DNA of 64,000 nucleotides from Gammaproteobacteria bacterium (lineage in GTDB: Bacteria > Pseudomonadota > Gammaproteobacteria > Steroidobacterales > Woeseiaceae). The stretch spans positions 17,572-81,571 of the forward strand of contig JAUHZT010000001.1 in assembly GCA_030425905.1 (NCBI GenBank), in the 5' to 3' direction. This document shows positions 1 through 8,918 of the stretch, piece after piece. The position numbers and the translations under genes are program-made. How positions within the stretch are numbered: position 1 is the stretch's first letter; the number at the start of each line of letters is the position of its first letter. Under the pieces are notes generated by a model. The model was not told the DNA's origin, did not search any database, and worked only from the letters and a program-made list of their open reading frames with translations.

Positions 1-228
1 GTTCAGGGATAACTCGGCCTCCAATTGCTCGATACGATCCACCCGATGCACACGCAAGATTGCCTGGGGATGGTGTCTTAAGAATTCGGCCGCACCTCGT
101 ACGGGGCGACCCTCAGTCGTGAAGACATCAAGGCGCAACCGCTCGGTGGGTACATCGGCGTATGCCGACGAGAGAGCCGCTACAGCAATCAGTGCAACCA
201 GTACGGTATGCTGTCGAAACTGCATCAT
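1..228 (-). CDS. PFL_4709-like (TIGR03757/DUF1525-type) ICE periplasmic protein, copy A; N-terminal 76 codons only, 3' end lies left of the window
   Basis: Reverse translation from ATGATG at 228 gives MMQFRQHTVLVALIAVAALSSAYADVPTERLRLDVFTTEG...RVHRVDRIEQLEAELSLN. It is open to position 1 and colinear with the full copy at 4186-4650. Confidence 0.7.
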   Translation of the reverse strand, partial: MMQFRQHTVLVALIAVAALSSAYADVPTERLRLDVFTTEGRPVRGAAEFLRHHPQAILRVHRVDRIEQLEAELSLN

Positions 229-324
229 GTCTGCCTTTGTCTGACGGCCTTTGATGCTGAGTCGGCGCGGGCAAGATTGACAGGCTTAACCCTTGCGAGG
301 CGTGAGGGCGTTTCGCAGCAAGCG
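1..324. repeat. Left copy of a diverged ~324-bp direct repeat (pairs with 4423-4746)
   Basis: Colinear, indel-free alignment at constant offset 4422. Hand count gives about 25 mismatches in the 228 coding bp, only 1 in the first 60 bp. Similarity continues ~95 bp upstream of the start codon and then stops. Confidence 0.9.
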
Positions 325-646
325 ACAGCTTGTCGCACTCGCTGGTTTACTTTGATATGTCGATTAGATCCCTAGCGCTATCCAATTTCGAACGGGTTAG
401 CCCAAGTGCGCGATTATGCTGGGCTCGTCAGCGCCTCTCGCTGGCTACGTGATACGCTTAACTTCATAGTAGCCCGCACACGACACAGTTGGAAAATAGG
501 TGATAGCCGACAACCGTCCGGCGATCCCGACCTGATTCGTTAACTGCGACACTTTTTTGCCGGTCATTACTAGATTCGATGAGCGGCGATTCTAGTCTAA
601 GCGAGACTTTGACCGCGCAAACGACTTGACTGCTAATCAAGTAATC

Positions 647-1369
647 CTAGTTTTCGAGCCGCCATTCGTCTAGCTTGCCTGCTATGAGTAACTCAACTTC
701 GGATAGGAACGCGAGATTATCGCCAGACAGCCAGAAGCTAAATTGGTCTTTCCAATCAGTGTTTCTTCGAAACCGGCATTGCGTGAAATATTGCGATTCA
801 TCGCTTTGGCGTCCAGGCTCATGATGACATGTACCTCGGATATAGTTCATGTCGGCCGGTACCGGTGAATCCGACGTAGGCCGTCGATCAAGGAGATAGA
901 AACCCGAATTTATGTGTGGCTTCGGATCGCAATAGAGGTAATACCTATAGTATCCTGTAACCGACTCTCTATCGTCCGCAATGCACGCAGTTGATCTGTA
1001 TCCAGTCATCTCCCAGAACTCCCGCCGCCGTTGTAATTCTCTTGCATCAGGCTTCCACTTGCCGTGCACGTCTTCGTCGTAAACCTGTACGACTACAATA
1101 AAATCATGACTTATCCCATAGAGGCCGTCGTCAAACCCGGGAATAGCGTTAGCAAGCTCCGCGCCGGTTAGCTCAAACGAAAATTCCATCGAGTTAATAT
1201 GGGTCGCACCAGAAGACGAGTCGCGGACACCCGGTTCGGGAGAGTATTCGTCGGGTATCAAGTATTCGCTGCGATAATGCGAACCACTATCGTCATTGCC
1301 TTGGAAGCAGCCATACGCGCAAGACCAGAAGATTACAGTCGATATCGCGAGGCTAGTTATCCTTGTCAC
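647..1369 (-). CDS. Hypothetical Cys-rich secreted protein or lipoprotein (240 aa), third gene of the cassette
   Basis: Long ORF with a 17-nt overlap on the upstream gene stop. Hydrophobic N-terminus ends ...VIFWSCAYGC (possible lipobox). Several further Cys. No family recognised. Visibly more AT-rich than the ICE backbone. Confidence 0.6.
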   Translation of the reverse strand: MTRITSLAISTVIFWSCAYGCFQGNDDSGSHYRSEYLIPDEYSPEPGVRDSSSGATHINSMEFSFELTGAELANAIPGFDDGLYGISHDFIVVVQVYDEDVHGKWKPDARELQRRREFWEMTGYRSTACIADDRESVTGYYRYYLYCDPKPHINSGFYLLDRRPTSDSPVPADMNYIRGTCHHEPGRQSDESQYFTQCRFRRNTDWKDQFSFWLSGDNLAFLSEVELLIAGKLDEWRLEN

Positions 1370-3098
1370 AACTTGGGCACCAATATCGTCCTGTTAGTAC
1401 CACCTCCCATCTGGCTCCGCTCCGTGGAGTTCCGCCGAAAGTATCTGGCGGCAGCCCAATATTTCCAAACACAGTGTGATGATAATCAGCAATCTGACGG
1501 TGCCCCAACTTTCCAATTGTAAAGGGGCCACCTTGATCTACTTCATCATTTACGGCATCCCGGTGCCTGCGCATGATCTGTACACCTACACCGTTCAAAC
1601 TATTGGGAACACCATGATCCGCGGCAAATCGCTCGTAGCGTCGATTCGCCATACAGCCAAGCGCCCACTCGTCATTTACAACATCTAATCCCAGTGGTCC
1701 TAACGGATCATACGAAACGTCCAACCTATCTTGCCAAAACGATCGGCGGGCCGCCGGGCTGCCCTGTAGGCTTATTTGTTGCTGAGCACTTGTTATTGAG
1801 AAATCATTTCCTGTTGGTGCATTAACTTTTGGCTCCCTGAATCCGTCGGCGCCAAGTACCGCATTTATCCCCGCTTCAATCTCGGAAAGCTCGCAATCTC
1901 GAACAATTTGAAGTTCGCGCTTTGGATCGTAGCCCGACTGCGACGGGTCACAATATACTCCGAGCGCCTCGCACAATACGTCGAGTACAACAGTGACTCC
2001 TGGCAAAGCGCCAGGTGAGTCCTTTGGTGTTGACCAAGGCGGTTGGACTTCCGGACCGCCGATTTCCACATCAAGTACGTCCTTTAGAACAATTAGGATC
2101 TTCTCGATAGCTGCAGCTACTTGCACATTTCCTTTTGTCGGACCAATGTCGTCCAATTCTTGGCTTAGTGAGTATGCTTCGGGGGAGATATTCGGATTCA
2201 ACACATCAATCGTATCGTTGACTTCATAGTAGATCTGAATTGTCGCAAAACCAACATCAAACCATCGCCAAATTCCAAACTCATCATAAGCATAACCCGG
2301 AGAAACGACTAGAACATACACTACGTACCACCCGGCAGTCGTTATCGTCTGCGTCGTAATGGCATTATCGAAGAACGCAGGGTCATTCAAGCCAGAGACC
2401 GTATCAGCTATAAAGTCGACTACGTCAGCCGAGATGCGTATGGCGTTCTGTGGGCTATTGCCTTGCTGTGAATATGTGCTCCAGATCGCGAAATCGTCAA
2501 TCGATTGCATACCTGTTAGAAAGACGTCTTGGGCGAAATCAAGAGTAGCGTCGCCCACCAGCACCTCACCCTGAAGCAAAGGTGCTTGCCTCGCGCTGAG
2601 GAGTTGCGCACCTGATGGTGATTCAAAAACAGTGAAGTTCCCTCCTCCAGATCCGCGAAGAATGAAGTCATCTACGAGTTGCTCATCGGGAAAAGGTGCT
2701 ATTACAGCGATATCCTGCACGCCGTCCGAGTCGAAGTCGCCACTCGTAATAATGTGAACAGCATCATTTGGTGCCGCCCCGGTTGGATCGACAACAATGG
2801 TATGCGTATCCGCCTCTTGACACCAAAGCGAATTGTCCGGCGCAAAATAGACACAATACTCTTCACTATAGTCGTAAATGCCACTTGTTCGAGTCAGAGT
2901 TACAGAACCACCCAGGGGACCGCCGCTAAACGTGGTACCACTGTTCTTCTCGATCAGCCTTGTGAACGTATATGTGCCCGGCGGCGACCAAGTCAGAGTG
3001 AAGGTTCCCGACGATTGCGTTGGACCGGAAATTGACGCTGAGGCATTTCCCGCCAAGAAGATGAATGCAACAAGCATTACTCGGAAAGAGGCACTCAT
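1353..3098 (-). CDS. Hypothetical large secreted protein (~581 aa) with one FG-GAP-like loop, second gene of the cassette
   Basis: ATG at 3098 makes an ATGA overlap with the stop of the 3095-3724 gene. N-terminus MSASFRVMLVAFIFLAGNASA looks like a signal peptide. ITSGDFDSDGVQDIAVIAP resembles an FG-GAP/Ca-binding loop. The C-terminal half is unrecognised and ends RYWCPSCDKDN. Confidence 0.7.
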   Translation of the reverse strand: MSASFRVMLVAFIFLAGNASASISGPTQSSGTFTLTWSPPGTYTFTRLIEKNSGTTFSGGPLGGSVTLTRTSGIYDYSEEYCVYFAPDNSLWCQEADTHTIVVDPTGAAPNDAVHIITSGDFDSDGVQDIAVIAPFPDEQLVDDFILRGSGGGNFTVFESPSGAQLLSARQAPLLQGEVLVGDATLDFAQDVFLTGMQSIDDFAIWSTYSQQGNSPQNAIRISADVVDFIADTVSGLNDPAFFDNAITTQTITTAGWYVVYVLVVSPGYAYDEFGIWRWFDVGFATIQIYYEVNDTIDVLNPNISPEAYSLSQELDDIGPTKGNVQVAAAIEKILIVLKDVLDVEIGGPEVQPPWSTPKDSPGALPGVTVVLDVLCEALGVYCDPSQSGYDPKRELQIVRDCELSEIEAGINAVLGADGFREPKVNAPTGNDFSITSAQQQISLQGSPAARRSFWQDRLDVSYDPLGPLGLDVVNDEWALGCMANRRYERFAADHGVPNSLNGVGVQIMRRHRDAVNDEVDQGGPFTIGKLGHRQIADYHHTVFGNIGLPPDTFGGTPRSGARWEVVLTGRYWCPSCDKDN

Positions 3099-3724
3099 TG
3101 ATTCCTGCCTCGCCCTTGTGTTGATGCCCGCCATTGGTCCATGATTACGGCATCGACAACTGCCATACTTTCCTCCACTACTTCAGAACTAAATCGTACC
3201 GCAGCGTCGTGCCTAAGGTCGTCACATTTCAATTTAGCAAGATCAAAATTAGTGGCGTAGTCGGGGGCACTTCGGATACAAGCGCTATATCTGTTAAGCG
3301 CAGCTGCTATGCCTTTTTCGTCCCTTGCGCGACCGTTGGCGACATCATTTTCGTAGGCGAGTCGTTGGGCCTCTCTTTGCGAATACCTCGTAGCCGGTCG
3401 CGGTCTGTTTCTGGTCCTTTCAAGCTGTGCGATAGGATCCCGCAGTTCACGTCGCTCATATAACTCCCGAATTCTCTCGTTAAACACTTCCAATCGATTG
3501 CCCAAAAATTTCGTCGCTTGTCTATACTCGGCCTGACACCGTTGATTTGCCTCCCCCATAGAAGATCGCAATTCCTGCTCCTTGGCAAGGCAGCTCACGT
3601 ATTGGTTTGGCGCATCATTAGCTAACTGCACTTCCCGAAGCACCGCAGTTTCATTGGCAAAAGAGATTCCTGGGGGCATCGCGAGAAGCAACGCAACTGT
3701 GCATATACTCAAGATTCGTTTCAT
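3095..3724 (-). CDS. Hypothetical secreted helical protein (209 aa) with two C-x17-C pairs, first gene of the cassette
   Basis: Signal peptide MKRILSICTVALLLAMPPGISFA. Charged, helical-looking sequence. Two Cys pairs with identical 17-residue spacing (CLAKEQ...NQRC and CIRSAP...KLKC), weakly reminiscent of DUF1311/LprI-type periplasmic proteins. Confidence 0.65.
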   Translation of the reverse strand: MKRILSICTVALLLAMPPGISFANETAVLREVQLANDAPNQYVSCLAKEQELRSSMGEANQRCQAEYRQATKFLGNRLEVFNERIRELYERRELRDPIAQLERTRNRPRPATRYSQREAQRLAYENDVANGRARDEKGIAAALNRYSACIRSAPDYATNFDLAKLKCDDLRHDAAVRFSSEVVEESMAVVDAVIMDQWRASTQGRGRNQ

Positions 3725-4185
3725 TACAAAGTTCCATTTTCCAACTGATTTTTCTTTGAAAATTGTTCGATTTAACCGTCTTAGTTCTACAAATATTTAC
3801 TGCACCTGAGCAGCGTTCTCGTCTTTTAGGACGGAAACAACTGAATGTCAACGCCTGTTAAGAAAGACGTCCTGGGCATGGTTGGGTGTTTGTCTGCACG
3901 TACATTGCGCATTGACTGACAAGGACCCGTTGGTTGATTCGATTCTGGTGACGTAATGTCTTGAGTGGACAGCTCCGAGTATCTAGTGACAAACTTTGAG
4001 TGAGGTTTCGACATTGCACTCAAACTACGAACACCGCAGTCGGAAAAGCAATCCCACGGGCTGCCAGGTGAGACAAGCAAAGGTCACGTCTACCGTTTTG
4101 TTGACAATCTCGTCGGTCGATATCTCGCCAGCGGGCGATGTACTGATCCACGCCGCAACAGACAGCGCTGCGAGGCCAATCCAGA

Positions 4186-4650
4186 TCATGGTGACCTGCG
4201 GTCTAGCAAGCTTTGATCGAGTTTCAGCGCTGCGGCCAAGTCGGTCAGGCCGTAGATCACACGTTCTTGGTCGATGACGATCGCAGGCACACGCTTGATG
4301 CCGAGTTGCAGGGCGAGTGCCAGCGACTTGGCCGTTTGCTGCAATTCGTCCTGGCGTTCACTCGACTGGTTTTGCAGTCGCCGGAGCGCCTGCTGCTCGG
4401 CTTGGTCGGGATCGACAGAAAGGTTCAGGGATAACTCGGCCTCCAATTGCGCGATACGATCCACCCGATGCACACGCAAGATTGCTTTGGGATGGTGTCT
4501 TAAGAATTCTGCTTCACCTTGTACGGGGCTATCCTCGGTCGTGAAAACATCAAGTCGCAGCCGCTCGACGGATACATCGGCGTGTGCCGACGAGAGAACC
4601 GCTACAGCGATCACTGCAACCCGTACAGTGTGTGGTCGAAACTGCATCAT
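4186..4650 (-). CDS. PFL_4709-like (TIGR03757/DUF1525-type) ICE periplasmic protein, copy B, full length (154 aa)
   Basis: Start ATGATG at 4650 chosen by alignment with copy A. Signal peptide MMQFRPHTVRVAVIAVAVLSSAHA. C-terminal ...VPAIVIDQERVIYGLTDLAAAL is typical of this thioredoxin-like ICE family. The position after traC fits the family gene order. Confidence 0.75.
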   Translation of the reverse strand: MMQFRPHTVRVAVIAVAVLSSAHADVSVERLRLDVFTTEDSPVQGEAEFLRHHPKAILRVHRVDRIAQLEAELSLNLSVDPDQAEQQALRRLQNQSSERQDELQQTAKSLALALQLGIKRVPAIVIDQERVIYGLTDLAAALKLDQSLLDRRSP

Positions 4651-4746
4651 GTCTGCTGTTGTCAGAGGGCTCCTGATGCTGAGACGCCGCGAGCAAGAAT
4701 GACAGGCGTAACCCTTGCCAGGCGTGACGGCGTTTGGCAAGGCGCG
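4423..4746. repeat. Right copy of the diverged ~324-bp direct repeat (pairs with 1-324)
   Basis: See the left copy. Covers the 5' half of the 4186-4650 gene plus ~95 bp of its leader. Confidence 0.9.
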
Positions 4747-4996
4747 AATGTGGCGAAGCCCGGAAAAATATTCGCGGACCCATGCCCGGCCGTGCACTGC
4801 GCCTCTATCAAGACGATATTGCGCTGCGTCGAGTCAGCACTGCTAAAGACTGAGTCAAGATGTCAGCGGTCGACGTGTATTTTTGCTCAATGGTTGTTTC
4901 TGGCGCCACATGTGGTCAGCGACTCGTTCCGCTGCCGCCAGACGATCAGGACTGACCCGAGTCTGCGGATTTTGAGTTACTTATCGAGTGTATTGT

Positions 4997-5380
4997 TTAG
5001 GCGGCGCATGAATTGTTCTCAATCCAAGTTGCCAACGTATCTTCGTCCACTTCGCCGGCCGCGACAGCGCGGATCATGACGACAGCCTCCGCTTCATTGG
5101 CAGCAAACTCTACGCCGTTACATATCAGAAAGACGTCGATCGCATTTAGTGCTACTCGCTTGTTGCCGTCAGCAAAGCAGTGATTTCGCGCGAAACCAAA
5201 TCCATACGCGGCTGCCAGTTGGTGAATTGATGCCCCGGGATTGTAGGCTAACAAGTGTCGGGGTCGCGCGAGTGTCGATTGCAGCGGGCCATCATTGACA
5301 GGCCCGCGCAATCCCCCATCTTCGGCGATGGTCAGTTCCAGGAAATATTCGATCTCGCGTTGATTGAGCCAGACAGGCAA
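4997..5380 (-). CDS. doc: Doc (death-on-curing) Fic-family toxin
   Basis: 127 aa with Fic/Doc motif HCFADGNKRVA. Directly abuts the antitoxin gene (5380/5381). Confidence 0.9.
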   Translation of the reverse strand: MPVWLNQREIEYFLELTIAEDGGLRGPVNDGPLQSTLARPRHLLAYNPGASIHQLAAAYGFGFARNHCFADGNKRVALNAIDVFLICNGVEFAANEAEAVVMIRAVAAGEVDEDTLATWIENNSCAA

Positions 5381-5611
5381 TTACTTGGCGAGCTCGCGGT
5401 ATGCATTGCGATACTTTCGACGCGATCGATCAATAGCTTCTACTTTGCGTGCAAAATCATCGTCGTAGGCAGTAATGAAAACGCCATTCTCCCGATGCTC
5501 AATGGCAACGCAATCGCCAAGACCAGCCGCAAGATGCTGTAAATCTGCTGGCGACAAGGTAACTGCTGCAGAGTTACCGTGCTTGCTGATTTTCTTGACT
5601 GCGGTCGTCAT
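5381..5611 (-). CDS. AbrB/MazE/SpoVT-type antitoxin partner of Doc
   Basis: 76 aa. The KISKHGNSAAVTLSPADLQHL swapped-hairpin-like N-terminus is followed by a C-terminal tail. Lies immediately upstream of doc. Confidence 0.8.
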   Translation of the reverse strand: MTTAVKKISKHGNSAAVTLSPADLQHLAAGLGDCVAIEHRENGVFITAYDDDFARKVEAIDRSRRKYRNAYRELAK

Positions 5612-5626
5612 AGTGAGCCCTCCATG

Positions 5627-5671
5627 TGTACGTACAGATGTACTAATGGAGTATATACCTATGTACGTACA
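5627..5671 (-). promoter_or_regulatory. Two identical 10-bp palindromes TGTACGTACA (each followed by GA) upstream of the antitoxin gene; probable TA autoregulatory operators
   Basis: Exact copies at 5627-5636 and 5662-5671, 35 bp apart, starting 16 bp upstream of the antitoxin ATG at 5611. Confidence 0.5.
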
Positions 5672-5802
5672 GACAGCAAAGCCAAGGTGCGAATCAGGTC
5701 ACAGTACTGACAAACGACGAAAATATCGAAAAACTCTTGAAACTCAATAGGATACCAGGCTAACGGCCGGAAATAACCCGGTGCAGCTCTGCAAGATGCC
5801 TT

Positions 5803-8493
5803 TCAGCCATCGCCGTCATTCCTACGCACAATGCGTTCAGCCTGGATGTAGGCAGCCTCAAGCTCGGAGCACTGGTTTTCGCGCATGATGGCCGTGCGCT
5901 CGGCTTTTTCGTGCTTTTCGGTCATGGCGAGCGCGAGCGACAATGGTGGTAGCACGTTGCGAAACAGAGCCTCGATGCTGTCGGCGATGACCACGCCTTC
6001 GGTGTAGTTGCCGGGTTCCTTGCGGGCTGACAGCAACAGGCGTCGCTGCTCGTCGGTCAGGTCTTTGAAGCGTCCGATCTGCTCCACTTCCTCCTTGGGC
6101 ATGACCAGACACAGCCACCACTCCATCATGTTGAGCATGCGGCGACTGGCATCGGGAAAATCCTCGAGGTTCTGGGTTGCGATCCAGAACCAGGCACCGA
6201 GCTTTCGCCACATCTTGGTGATCTTGACGACGTAGCGCGCGAGCAACGGATTGGTTGTGATGATATGCCCTTCGTCCGTGACCACCAGCGTCGGCCGGTG
6301 GTCGTGCTGTTGTGCTTCGACCAGCGCATTGATGTGGCTCATCATGGAGAGATAGGCGACGGTCAACTGGTCCTCGTAGCCTTCGCGAGCCAGCAGACCC
6401 ATGTCGAGGATGGTCACATCGACCAACGGCCACGGTCTGCCGAGGCGGTTGAAGAACTTCCCGGCAAGCCCGGAGCAAAAGAGCGCCATGCCGTCGGCCA
6501 TTTCAGTTGCGCGGTGCCGGCGGACCTCGGCGAGGGCTTCCTGCGTGCCGAGTTCCCGCAGTGCGGCGACCACGTCCGCGGTGAGTACTTGCTCCCGGCC
6601 TGCAATGCGGGTGCGCTCTGCGGCCAGGTAGATGGCGTTTCGAATCAGCAAACGGTCCGCGCGGGTCATGCGTGCATCTTCGCGTTCGTCGCCACCCGTG
6701 ATCATGATGCGCGCAGCGATTTCCATTTCCCCGAGGAAGTCACGCCCGCCCTCCTCGTCGGTTTCTTCTTCGGATTCCCGATCCTGCGGTGATTCCAGAT
6801 CGAACGACGTACCGACGCCCGGCCGCAAGCACAGGGCATCGGCGAAGGGCGGCAGGCTCACGTCGGCATCCGGGTTCAGCGTGATCGAATTGACCGAGAG
6901 TCCATGGTGGCGAAGATGCTGGCCCAGAAGACCGAAGGAGTTACCAGCCTCAATGATGAACACGCGTGGCCGGTAGACGGCCAGCATCTGCTGCAGAAGG
7001 TAGACGAGCAGTGCCGACTTGCCGGCGCCGGTGGGCCCCAGGATCAGCGTGTGAGCGTTCTTTTTGCGGTCAGCGACATTGAGCGGATCGAACACCAGGG
7101 GCTCGGCGCCGCGATTGAAAAACACCAGACCCGGATGGCCGGTGCCGCGCGAGCGGCCATAGAGCGGCAGGAGATTGGCCGCGTGCTGGGAGAACACCAG
7201 CCGGGAGCGTCGGCGGCGCTTGTCGAGCGCCGGCTCGTAGGCCATGGGCAGGTTACGCACGTAGCTGTCCTGTTGCAGCAGATCAACCTCGTGCCGAATC
7301 GGCTGCAGTCCGTTCGACAACAGCAGGGCCTGGGCCTGATTGAGTTGGGCACGCAAATCGATCGCGTCGGCGCCACGCAGGTAAAAGCCGATCTCGAGCG
7401 GATACAGCTTATTTCCGGCGGCCATCTCGCGTTCCACGGCCTCGGCATCTTCCCGGACAAGCGTGGCTTCGGCCGCATCGCCAACCGCGGCGCGACGCAT
7501 TTGAGCAATGTGATTGCGCAGGACGTGCTGCGCCCTGACGGTCAGGGTCAGGACCATGACGCTGTACTCGGGTAAACGGTCAAAAAGCGCGTAGACCTGG
7601 TCGCCGATGTGACGCTCGGCCGTAAAATGCCCGATGTCCGGGGCGCGCCGCAGGCTTTGTACGCTGAGCATGGTGTGCGCCAGCTCGTCAAACCACCAGA
7701 TGCCGTCTTTCGAGCGGGGCGTCGACAGCGTGAGTTGCTCAGCGAACTCGTAGCCGAAAGGCATGGCGGTATCGCCGGGGTACGGCGCGAGTTCGGCGAT
7801 GTCCCGGCAGCCGCCATTGACGATCCGTGGCCCCGGGTTGAACCAGCGCAGGAGCCAGGTGTAGAGCCCTTCGCCGGTGCCGCGATGCGCCTGCACGCCG
7901 GCCGCGGCCAGTGCTTCGGTCCATCGTGCGGCCACGTCATTCAACTCGTCCTCGCTGTGTCTGAGCGCGGTGCCGCGATGGGTCGTGCTTTGACGTCGAT
8001 AGAGTGTTGCGCGGACGATGCGTCGTTTGCCCCGCCACGCGGTGCCGGTAACGCCCTTGTCCGTGAACAGTCCACCCTGACGGCTGATGCGGGCCAGGTG
8101 ATCGCTCATCATTGCTGCGTGGTGTTGTGTGAAACCGCTGCCCTGCAGGCGCTGGTCCGGGTAGTTCCTGAGCGTATCGGCAAACGGTTCCAGGCGGGGT
8201 TCGTCCTGGACATAGATCTGCAACACCCAGGGATCCGGGTCCTCCTCGGGGATGGCATCATTGAGGGCCACCTGCAGGCTGTCGCGCAGTTCGGCCATGA
8301 ACGCGGGGCTGCGCGCTTCGGTGCCGACGGGCTCCAGGCGAAACAAGGCACCGACACTGATGCCGTCTTCGAGCAGGAACGACTTCGTGTCCGGACTGTA
8401 CTCGACCCAGGGCAACAGGTCGGTGAAGGATCGTGGCTCCGTATAGAGTCGCTTGGCCGCCGAGTGCTCGACCGCCTGGCCGCTGTGGGTCAC
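5803..8493 (-). CDS. traC: Conjugative transfer ATPase, TraC/VirB4-like (PFL_4706 / TIGR03744 type)
   Basis: 896 aa. Walker A LILGPTGAGKS and Walker B-like LVVTDEGH. ATGA overlap with the upstream lipoprotein gene at 8490-8493. Confidence 0.92.
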   Translation of the reverse strand: MTHSGQAVEHSAAKRLYTEPRSFTDLLPWVEYSPDTKSFLLEDGISVGALFRLEPVGTEARSPAFMAELRDSLQVALNDAIPEEDPDPWVLQIYVQDEPRLEPFADTLRNYPDQRLQGSGFTQHHAAMMSDHLARISRQGGLFTDKGVTGTAWRGKRRIVRATLYRRQSTTHRGTALRHSEDELNDVAARWTEALAAAGVQAHRGTGEGLYTWLLRWFNPGPRIVNGGCRDIAELAPYPGDTAMPFGYEFAEQLTLSTPRSKDGIWWFDELAHTMLSVQSLRRAPDIGHFTAERHIGDQVYALFDRLPEYSVMVLTLTVRAQHVLRNHIAQMRRAAVGDAAEATLVREDAEAVEREMAAGNKLYPLEIGFYLRGADAIDLRAQLNQAQALLLSNGLQPIRHEVDLLQQDSYVRNLPMAYEPALDKRRRRSRLVFSQHAANLLPLYGRSRGTGHPGLVFFNRGAEPLVFDPLNVADRKKNAHTLILGPTGAGKSALLVYLLQQMLAVYRPRVFIIEAGNSFGLLGQHLRHHGLSVNSITLNPDADVSLPPFADALCLRPGVGTSFDLESPQDRESEEETDEEGGRDFLGEMEIAARIMITGGDEREDARMTRADRLLIRNAIYLAAERTRIAGREQVLTADVVAALRELGTQEALAEVRRHRATEMADGMALFCSGLAGKFFNRLGRPWPLVDVTILDMGLLAREGYEDQLTVAYLSMMSHINALVEAQQHDHRPTLVVTDEGHIITTNPLLARYVVKITKMWRKLGAWFWIATQNLEDFPDASRRMLNMMEWWLCLVMPKEEVEQIGRFKDLTDEQRRLLLSARKEPGNYTEGVVIADSIEALFRNVLPPLSLALAMTEKHEKAERTAIMRENQCSELEAAYIQAERIVRRNDGDG

Positions 8494-8918
8494 TGGTCCG
8501 CCGCGCCGCTGGACGTTCGCTCGGTGGACAGTACCTCACCGGGGAGTGCGTACTCGACGCGCTCGTACAGCGAAAACGTTGTCGCGTACCCCGGCACGGG
8601 CACGCGCGCGCTGCCAGCCAGGTGCGGATAGACGTACAGCACAAGAGTCGGGTTCGGCAATCGCGGAAAGTGCAGGTTCAGCTCGTTGTACGCATCGCGC
8701 GTGTAGCCAGCGAGATCCATGTCGTCATCCTGGATCGGACGCGTGGCCACATGCCGGCGCAGGGACTCCGTAAGCTGCAGGCCGATGTCCGAGAAATGCC
8801 GCGTGTAAATCGCCTGCATCGTCGGACCGTGCGTCGGCAGAATTCGGTCCTTGTCCGAGGCGCAGCCGACAAGACTAGTCCAGAGGACGAGCAGCAGAAA
8901 AAGGTGGGGGCGTGTCAT
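8490..8918 (-). CDS. Conjugative transfer region lipoprotein (TIGR03751 type)
   Basis: Internal start MTRPHLFLLLVLWTSLVGCASD gives a clean lipobox. 142 aa. Position fits the family gene order. Confidence 0.8.
   Translation of the reverse strand: MTRPHLFLLLVLWTSLVGCASDKDRILPTHGPTMQAIYTRHFSDIGLQLTESLRRHVATRPIQDDDMDLAGYTRDAYNELNLHFPRLPNPTLVLYVYPHLAGSARVPVPGYATTFSLYERVEYALPGEVLSTERTSSGAADQ

Noticed and set aside
1-4746. Interpreting the 324-bp repeats as a transposition target-site duplication
   Set aside because: They are far too long and about 11 percent diverged by my hand count. Homologous recombination between related elements fits better.
4651-4797. N-terminal 49-codon extension of the PFL_4709-like ORF given by the ORF track
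   Set aside because: The paralogue at 1-228 aligns only from the ATGATG start, and the signal peptide begins there. The extension reads through the conserved leader.
7609-8631. 340-aa plus-strand ORF
   Set aside because: It lies entirely antisense to the well-supported traC ATPase gene. Its Arg/Ala/Gly-rich composition is typical of shadow ORFs in high-GC DNA, and it has no recognisable motifs.
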